Both the position numbers and the translations under genes were made by a program. Shown piece by piece: positions 57,946 to 64,000 of a DNA stretch of 64,000 nucleotides. Source of the DNA: Candidatus Woesearchaeota archaeon (GTDB lineage: Archaea > Nanobdellota > Nanobdellia > Woesearchaeales > JAGVYU01). The notes under the pieces are model-generated. The model was not told the DNA's origin. It saw only the letters and a list, made by a program, of their open reading frames with translations, and ran no database searches. The stretch spans positions 16,565-80,564 of the forward strand of contig JBDROB010000075.1 in NCBI GenBank assembly GCA_043810355.1, given 5' to 3'. Position 1 is the stretch's first letter; every line of letters begins with the position of its first letter.

Positions 57946-60390
57946 ATGACTAATAAAATTAAAGAAATCAAACAAGATTATGTTTCTAGAGCAACATACA
58001 AGGATTTGGATGCAACTCAAGCAGATGCAATTTATAATGCATTTCAGGCAACAACACATAACAGTGAAGGGAAAAAACTTACTCTTCAAGAAAGAAGAAA
58101 ATCAGTTGCTGACGAATTTGGTGTCAAGTATGGTACTGTCGGAACAGTTGCAAGATACCAAGGAAGAGATTCCTCACAATTAGATAGGTCTGTTTCTCAA
58201 TTATCAGAAACAGATATTGAAAAAGCTCGTCAGAGATATAAACATTCTGATGATTCTGTTGATACAATTTTAGGAGACCTAAATCTTACTGCAAAGGCTT
58301 TTTATTCAGGAGTACTTGAAGGTTTTGATTATAGGAGAAGTGATGATAAGCCTCGTCTGGCAAGGATGGCAAAAGCTCGGCAAAAAGCTAATGGATATAC
58401 CACTTCTCCAGCTGACATAGCTGAAGTTGTTGATGCACCAGAAGATCAGCCTGCTTTCAGATATCTTGCTGAACCTCAAGAAAGTTCTGCTAAACCAGGA
58501 AATCAAACAAAAAGTATAGAATCAAAATCAATTGTTGACTTTAGTTATGATAATCCAGATCAATCTGTTGTTGACACTAGATTAATAGGTCATTTTTTAG
58601 TTTCAAAAGCTGCTTCAGCAGAAAGGCATGGGGATCATGGACCAGAAAGTGGACCAGTAACTCAAGCAAAGCCTTTAGAAGCTGTTGTTGGAGAAGCTAA
58701 TCCAGTTTATGCAGGGGGAAGAGTTCCTGATGATTCATCAAGGTCCAAATATGTTTCTGATGTTAGAACTCCTGAAGTTACAATGCATGCACCAGATGGT
58801 CCAAGAGCTGAGGGAAGAGGTCCTTCTGATGATTCTCATGCTCGAGGTGATGCTAGTGGCCATGATGACAGAGTTATTTTAGGAGAAGATCATAGTTCTA
58901 GACCTGTTGAAGAACCAAGGTATTCAGGCAGTGGCTCAGGAGATGGTTCAGGTGGAGACAGTTCATTACCTCCAGAAAGTACAGAAAGACCAGCCAGAAT
59001 TTGGTATCAAACTTGGAAAGGTAAATTAGTATCAGGTTTGACTGCTGCTGCAATGCTTGCAGTTTCATTTGGTGGCGGATGGTTTGCTCGAGGAATGTAT
59101 AATCCAAGTCAAGCTGCTGCTGGATCTCTAGATCCTGCTCCTATAGCTGCTGAAGCGCCTGAAGTACCTACACATCCATTAGGAGGAGTCATTCCAGGTT
59201 TCCCAGATCCTAATTCAATTGAAGATCATGTAAAAAGCCAATATAATGGAGAAGGTGGATTTGATTTAAGAAAGCACTTATGGGAGACTCTTGTTCCAGG
59301 TTCAGAAGATTCTGGAAGAAAGCCTTATACAGGAAGTTCAGAACAGAATGAGGCATTCTTAATGTTTTTGAGGACTTTGAATCCTGATATGGTTAAGGCT
59401 GCAGTTGCTTCTTACGATGCACCAGAAGAACCTGCTGCTCCAGTTGTCCAACCGGCACCAATACCTGCAGAGAACCCAACTGTAGCACCTGTTGCACAGT
59501 CAGCACCAGCAGCTCCATTGGCAGGTTTCCCAGATCCTAATTCAATTGTTGACTGGCTGACAAGTAATTATAATGATGCTGATCAAGGATTAAGAGCATA
59601 TTTATGGGAAGCTTTTGCTCCTGAACCAATCCAAAGAAGTTTAGGGGATGAATATCAAGGAAGATCATTGACACCTGAACAAAGGCAATTACAAAATAAT
59701 TGGTTACTTGGATTCTTAAAAATGAGAAATGATCAAAGACCTCAAGATATTACTGAAGCGATTGCTGATTATAGTCTTGGAATAGAAAGTGGAGCGCCTT
59801 TAGAGGCTTATGAAGGATCAGGTTCAGAAGAGCAACCAACTCTGGCACCTTTAGAGGAGATTACAGTAGGTGGACCTGCCGAAGTTATTGTTCCTCCAGC
59901 AGTTTTAACTGCAATCCAGATTCAAAATATTGGAGACATGTTTGAGATCCCTTTCAGAGGAACTTCAATTTATAATTTGAGTCAGATTGATTCAAGTGAT
60001 AATAGGCTACCAAGCAATCCAACACCTGTTTCAGCTTTAGTGGGTAACTATGATAGTAATGCTGACGGAAATATTGACAGTGTTGCTGAGTTGAGCACAT
60101 TCATTTTAGGATTGACAACAAGAGGTGGGCTTGATTCCCCTGTTCCAGGTGAGTCAGATGAATCTTTTGTTAGGCTTGTAGCTAATGCTGGTTTTGGACC
60201 AGATGTCGCTTCTCAATTAAGGTCTGCATTAAATACAGAGGAAGTCTCAAATGAAGAATTGAATAGGGCTTCAGAAGTTGCTTTAAGATTAGGGGCTGCT
60301 ATTCAGACAGAGACTCCATTATATGATAATGGCACAGATTTAGTGATTGCAGAACCAGAAATCGCAATTAAATATTTTAATGGATTTTAG
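57946..60390 (+). CDS. Large hypothetical bitopic membrane protein: N-terminal HTH-like region, disordered linker, TM helix, external repeats and EF-hand-like motif
   Basis: VADEFGVKYGTVGTVAR HTH-like segment; TM LVSGLTAAAMLAVSFGGGWFA; repeat GFPDPNSI x2; DSNADGNIDSVAEL; strong SD AAGGGGA. Confidence 0.7.
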   Translation: MTNKIKEIKQDYVSRATYKDLDATQADAIYNAFQATTHNSEGKKLTLQERRKSVADEFGVKYGTVGTVARYQGRDSSQLDRSVSQLSETDIEKARQRYKHSDDSVDTILGDLNLTAKAFYSGVLEGFDYRRSDDKPRLARMAKARQKANGYTTSPADIAEVVDAPEDQPAFRYLAEPQESSAKPGNQTKSIESKSIVDFSYDNPDQSVVDTRLIGHFLVSKAASAERHGDHGPESGPVTQAKPLEAVVGEANPVYAGGRVPDDSSRSKYVSDVRTPEVTMHAPDGPRAEGRGPSDDSHARGDASGHDDRVILGEDHSSRPVEEPRYSGSGSGDGSGGDSSLPPESTERPARIWYQTWKGKLVSGLTAAAMLAVSFGGGWFARGMYNPSQAAAGSLDPAPIAAEAPEVPTHPLGGVIPGFPDPNSIEDHVKSQYNGEGGFDLRKHLWETLVPGSEDSGRKPYTGSSEQNEAFLMFLRTLNPDMVKAAVASYDAPEEPAAPVVQPAPIPAENPTVAPVAQSAPAAPLAGFPDPNSIVDWLTSNYNDADQGLRAYLWEAFAPEPIQRSLGDEYQGRSLTPEQRQLQNNWLLGFLKMRNDQRPQDITEAIADYSLGIESGAPLEAYEGSGSEEQPTLAPLEEITVGGPAEVIVPPAVLTAIQIQNIGDMFEIPFRGTSIYNLSQIDSSDNRLPSNPTPVSALVGNYDSNADGNIDSVAELSTFILGLTTRGGLDSPVPGESDESFVRLVANAGFGPDVASQLRSALNTEEVSNEELNRASEVALRLGAAIQTETPLYDNGTDLVIAEPEIAIKYFNGF
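59195..59548 (+). repeat. 27-bp exact direct repeat marking an internal domain duplication
   Basis: caggtttcccagatcctaattcaattg at 59195-59221 and 59522-59548. Confidence 0.85.
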
Positions 60391-60402
60391 CCAGGTGATC
60401 AA

Positions 60403-61779
60403 ATGAAAGGATATGATATGACCAGAAGGGGATTTTTAGCAGCAGCAGCAACTGCATTAGCAGGATGTGCAACAACATATGATCAATCTCAACTATCAGG
60501 ACGACATCCAGTTCCTGGACAGAGAGAACCTACTCCTATAGGAGATCAAGCTTTGTCTTTAGAGGCAAAGATTCCAGAAGGGGATGTTGCAGTTCTTTAT
60601 GATTATGTCAAGGATCACCTTCCAGGTGGAGACAGATATTTTGTTCCGTTCATTGAGCAAGGAATTGCACAAGCCTTTGCAGGTTATGTTCCAGCGCCGG
60701 CAAAAGCTGGAGTAAGAAATATTAATTTTGGAGACAATGAAAGGACTGGTTTTCTTTCAAAACCTGAATCTGCAGCACTTTACACTTATTTGTTTGAGAG
60801 ATTTATGGAAGATGTCCAGCAGGTTGCTCATCTTTCAATTAATCCAGAGAGGACAAATGGTGTTACAGACGTTTTTGTTTATCATAATGGGCCAAGGATG
60901 CCGAGCATTAATTACACTTCAAGAGAAGTGAAAGGTTGGAATAAGAAGACAACTGAGAAAGATACTGTTTACAATTCAATTGATCTTTGTTTTACAAATG
61001 CTGTTGAAGTCAGGCATAAGGTAAGGAATTATAGGGGTCCTGTTGAGTTTTTTATCAATGCAGCTTTGCAGGGATATAATACAACAGCTTCTCTTGGTGA
61101 GCCAATTATTGGTGTCGCTGGTTATACTGCAGGTGCAGCTACAAGAGGGGCATTGACATGGCTTTTCCACAAAAAGGATGAGCAAGATGCATTCTATGAT
61201 GCTAATGTTGATCTTGGTTGGGGTTCCCAGAATCTTGGACCAGCTCAGAAGATGTGGGAGACATTGAGCAATCATAATATGGAAAGCCCAGTTGTCTATC
61301 TGGCGCCTATTGAGTCAAAACCAGGAAGTGTAGATACAATGTTGATGGTTCTTGCAAATAATCCTAATTTTGCAGTACAACCTTTTCCAACACCAAATTA
61401 TGATCCAGAGACTGGAAGAGTCATGGGTATGAATATTGTTTCACCTCCACAGTATGGTGATAATTTTGCAAAGAATCTTGTTATAAGTATGTTGGGAGAA
61501 ATGGCAGATGCATATGTTAGGGGCTTGTTGATTGAAGATTTGATCCTTGATAAGCTTGAGGATGACAAGCAATTGCTGCCTTTTGGAGTTCCGATTCCAA
61601 TTACAAGGATTTTACCTTTGATAATGCCTTTGCCGATTCCATTCTGTCCTAGACCAAGTCCAATGATAGGTGGAGGTTGGTTTGGAGGCGGTGCTTTTGG
61701 AGGAGCAGGTTTAGGTGGAGCTGGACTTTTAGGAGGAGGATTTACTGGTGGAGGAGCGTTAATTCCAGGTCCATTATAA
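60403..61779 (+). CDS. Putative Tat-exported lipoprotein with Pro-rich and Gly-rich C-terminal tail
   Basis: MTRRGFLAAAATALAGC twin-arginine signal plus lipobox; AGGTGA SD. Confidence 0.75.
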   Translation: MKGYDMTRRGFLAAAATALAGCATTYDQSQLSGRHPVPGQREPTPIGDQALSLEAKIPEGDVAVLYDYVKDHLPGGDRYFVPFIEQGIAQAFAGYVPAPAKAGVRNINFGDNERTGFLSKPESAALYTYLFERFMEDVQQVAHLSINPERTNGVTDVFVYHNGPRMPSINYTSREVKGWNKKTTEKDTVYNSIDLCFTNAVEVRHKVRNYRGPVEFFINAALQGYNTTASLGEPIIGVAGYTAGAATRGALTWLFHKKDEQDAFYDANVDLGWGSQNLGPAQKMWETLSNHNMESPVVYLAPIESKPGSVDTMLMVLANNPNFAVQPFPTPNYDPETGRVMGMNIVSPPQYGDNFAKNLVISMLGEMADAYVRGLLIEDLILDKLEDDKQLLPFGVPIPITRILPLIMPLPIPFCPRPSPMIGGGWFGGGAFGGAGLGGAGLLGGGFTGGGALIPGPL

Positions 61780-61848
61780 TTTCATTTTTTATTTTCATTT
61801 AATCAAAATAAACAAAATCATAAACAAGACAATAGGGGGGATTTATTT

Positions 61849-64000
61849 ATGAAAAAAATACTATTTATTATGCCATTTTTAGCTGTTCTTTTAGCAGCAA
61901 ATGTTTTTGCAGTAGCGGACATAACATTTAATTTTAATGTCAACAATGTTGAATCAAAGTTCTATACTTGTCTCGACATTAACTGTGATACTGTCAGCTC
62001 AAGTCCATTCTCATATTCTGGATCAACCTCTAATGGGCATATGCTGATCTCATTCCCTTCATGTCTATTGTCCCCATTTGGTTATGCAGGTTATTTCATT
62101 GTCCCAGCTACAAATCCAGCTGATACTGGTTATATACCTATTGAAGGTATTGCTACATTCCACACTTTTTGCAATCCTGGACATGCTTCAGGAAGTGTTG
62201 ATATTGATTTTGACAGAGTTGCAAATTGCGCCTCTACAATTGATGAATTCACAATCACAAATGATCTTTATGCTAATGAGCCTTTGCAGGTTAATGTTTC
62301 TGCTTCATTAGATGCAGCAACTCATTCAGCTTTCCAAGACGCTCATAATAATGTAGGATATATCCCTCTAGCATATAGGGATATCTATTATTCTGCAGAT
62401 ACTACTGTATCTTTGACAATCAAGAAAGATGGTCAGGTTGTTAATCAGCAGATGACTTATTTTGACGCTGCTCATGGTAACCCAATCTTTATGGATGAAG
62501 TTAAAGATGTTGAATATTCATGGGTCCCTGCTGAAGACGGACAATATGAGGCAACTGTAAGGACTGTTGTTACAGACAATCAATGTTCCTCAAATATCCC
62601 TTTGTCATCAAGTAAATTCTTTGGTGTGCTTCCAGGAAGGCCTACAAATGAATGTTACACAATCATTAATGGTTTGAGGACAACTGACCCTTATCCAGTT
62701 GCAGGAGACACTGTAACAGTTGAGTATAACAAGATAAGCAATTATGCTAATCCACAACATGCTTTGACATCAGTTCCTACTGATATTGATTATGAAGTGA
62801 GAAATTCAGCTTATCAGATTATTTTATCTGGTTCAGCTTCACTTCCAGCAAATCCTAATGAAGTTGATCCAACAACACATTCATTCCAATGGGTTGCTCC
62901 TTATGAGGATGTTTTTACAATGGAAGTGGCAGGAACTGCTGACTCACCTCTTTGTGACGGAAAGCCTAATCCAACTGAGACTGCTCAGGAAGAGATTTAT
63001 GTTGCTCCAGCTCCAGTCTATGAGGTTACTTTCATAATCTCAGATGATATGACTGCAGCAAGAATCCAAGGTGCAACTGTTTCATCTAATGGTCAGACAG
63101 CTGTAACTGATTCAAATGGTGTTGCTGTTATCGGTGGATACGTTAATGGTCACTATACATATGATGTTACTCATCCACAATACCTACCAATTGAAGGAGA
63201 ATTTGACATAACAAATGCAGATGCCACTGTTTCAAGAGCTATGCACAAGGCAAATACACCTCCAATTATAACTAATATTCCAGATGTTTCATTCCCTGAA
63301 GACACAGTGCATAATTCTCTGGATCTTGACCTTTATGTTCAGGATGAAGAGGATCTTGATGCTGATCTATCATGGACATCTAATCAATTGCCTAATGTTG
63401 GTGTATCAATCAATCCAACAACTCATATTGTTACATTTACACCTAGTCCAGGATTTAATGGACCAGCAGGAACAGTAACATTCACAGTTCAAGATACAGG
63501 TGGATTAACAGATTCAGATGCAATTTCAGTGACTGTCACTCCTGTTAATGATGCTCCAACAATCAGTGGATTGCCTGATAAGACATTGCAGGAAGATGCA
63601 TCTTTAAATAATGCTTTTAACTTGAATGATTTTGCATCTGATCCAGATCATTCTGATTCTTTATTGACTTACTCTTTGACAACTATAACTAATGGAAATA
63701 AATGTGGAGTTACAATTGATGGGAATGATAATATTGACATAAATCCTGATTTTAATTTTAACGGAATATGTGATGTTACTGTTAGAGTTGAGGATCCTTT
63801 AGGAGCTTCTGACACAGATACTTTTAGAGTTACTGTCACTCCAGTTAATGACGCTCCTGTTATTGGTTCATTACCTGATCAGACTCTTGCAGAAGACACA
63901 ACAAAGCCAAATGCGTTTAATCTTAATAATTTTGCTAGTGATCCTGATAATACTGATGCGCAATTGACTTATACTTTAACATCAGTTTCAAATACTAATC
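61849..64000 (+). CDS. Large secreted surface protein/adhesin with Ig-like, carboxypeptidase-regulatory-like and tandem cadherin-like (tandem-95) repeats; 3'-truncated (not in ORF track)
   Basis: ATG at 61849 after a GGGGGG SD; signal peptide MKKILFIMPFLAVLLAANVFA; repeats NTPPII..IPD..FPED, VTPVNDAPTISGLPD..LQED...FASDPD, VTPVNDAPVIGSLPD..LAED...FASDPD; open to the window end. Confidence 0.88.
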   Translation, partial: MKKILFIMPFLAVLLAANVFAVADITFNFNVNNVESKFYTCLDINCDTVSSSPFSYSGSTSNGHMLISFPSCLLSPFGYAGYFIVPATNPADTGYIPIEGIATFHTFCNPGHASGSVDIDFDRVANCASTIDEFTITNDLYANEPLQVNVSASLDAATHSAFQDAHNNVGYIPLAYRDIYYSADTTVSLTIKKDGQVVNQQMTYFDAAHGNPIFMDEVKDVEYSWVPAEDGQYEATVRTVVTDNQCSSNIPLSSSKFFGVLPGRPTNECYTIINGLRTTDPYPVAGDTVTVEYNKISNYANPQHALTSVPTDIDYEVRNSAYQIILSGSASLPANPNEVDPTTHSFQWVAPYEDVFTMEVAGTADSPLCDGKPNPTETAQEEIYVAPAPVYEVTFIISDDMTAARIQGATVSSNGQTAVTDSNGVAVIGGYVNGHYTYDVTHPQYLPIEGEFDITNADATVSRAMHKANTPPIITNIPDVSFPEDTVHNSLDLDLYVQDEEDLDADLSWTSNQLPNVGVSINPTTHIVTFTPSPGFNGPAGTVTFTVQDTGGLTDSDAISVTVTPVNDAPTISGLPDKTLQEDASLNNAFNLNDFASDPDHSDSLLTYSLTTITNGNKCGVTIDGNDNIDINPDFNFNGICDVTVRVEDPLGASDTDTFRVTVTPVNDAPVIGSLPDQTLAEDTTKPNAFNLNNFASDPDNTDAQLTYTLTSVSNTN

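Noticed and set aside
165..63478. Numerous short antisense or off-frame ORFs (e.g. 1808-2206, 18719-19348, 29143-29655, 41293-41805, 56636-57184, 62078-62311, 63284-63478)
   Set aside because: They lie wholly within well-supported genes on the other strand or frame, have shadow-ORF composition and carry no motifs.

Overview
AT-rich archaeal window, most consistent with a DPANN lineage such as Woesearchaeota. The lineage is an inference from the archaeal ribosomal/RNAP genes, AglB, NAC, gyrase and the TrmB and MinD context. Positions 1-12.2 kb hold housekeeping genes: the 3' part of an intein-containing gyrA, a THUMP methyltransferase, RNase P RNA, Sec61beta, NAC, minD, two tRNAs with non-canonical T-loop introns (His-GUG, Leu-GAG), and the S13-S4-S11-rpoD / L18e-L13-S9-rpoN operons. 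Positions 12.6-57.7 kb are a ~45 kb surface-glycosylation locus ending in aglB and a geranylgeranyl reductase. It contains a Wbp-type di-N-acetyl-uronate pathway, many GT2 and GT-C/YfhO enzymes, flippases and a B12 radical SAM enzyme. Most notably it has a bacterial LPS-core-like ADP-heptose module (hldA, gmhB, hldC) with three GT9 heptosyltransferases. The window has no gmhA; an uncharacterised 298-aa protein sits inside the heptose operon instead. A degenerate RHH-nucleotidyltransferase fusion with candidate palindromic operators lies divergent to that operon. Positions 57.9-64 kb encode three unusual envelope proteins: an HTH-TM-repeat protein, a Tat lipoprotein with a Gly-rich tail, and a large cadherin-like adhesin running off the window end.
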